Source: Octopus sinensis (taxonomy: Eukaryota). Taken from it: a DNA stretch of 64,000 bases. Below are positions 63,827 through 64,000 of this stretch, piece after piece (position 1 is the first letter of the stretch; every line of letters starts with the position of its first letter). The notes beneath the pieces are model-generated. The model searched no databases and was not told the origin of the DNA. It was given only the letters and a program-made list of their open reading frames with translations. The stretch is taken from the NCBI RefSeq assembly GCF_006345805.1, contig NC_043005.1, positions 78,740,001-78,804,000 of the forward strand, written 5' to 3'. Position numbers and translations under genes: made by a program.

Positions 63827-64000
63827 GTTGCTTGATAAAATAAATAAAATTTTGGACAATTTAATGGTGGACACACTCCTCGAAGTAAAACACGAGATGA
63901 ATACGGATGGAAGATCTTTGACTATAAGCCTTGGTGAAGGCTTGTCGTGGTTAAACAAAACTAACAATAAAGCGGCAGTCACCATTCCATATGCTTATGT

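Overview
AT-rich eukaryotic genomic DNA made up mostly of microsatellites and retroposons. The tRNA-derived SINE families and the density of (TA)n/(TACA)n/(GATA)n/trinucleotide tracts point to an octopod cephalopod (Octopus-like); this is an inference from recalled repeat families, not from a search. No intact protein-coding gene can be recognised. Almost every ORF in the supplied track is a microsatellite or SINE translation, and only a few short, weakly supported exon candidates remain. The window does contain: (1) at least five SINE-like families, many nested and several with clear 16-18 bp target-site duplications; (2) two decayed mariner transposons and several fold-back/MITE-like palindromes; (3) two 3' fragments of a restriction-like-endonuclease (RLE) non-LTR retrotransposon that end in (TACA)n; (4) three copies of a ~550 bp non-coding element embedded in (TAA)n; (5) three different type I hammerhead-ribozyme-like motifs in short Penelope/retrozyme-like repeats: one with a canonical core, one with an A6U core (3 copies) and one with a U4C core (2 copies). 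Coordinates of decayed repeats are approximate to within about 10-20 bp.
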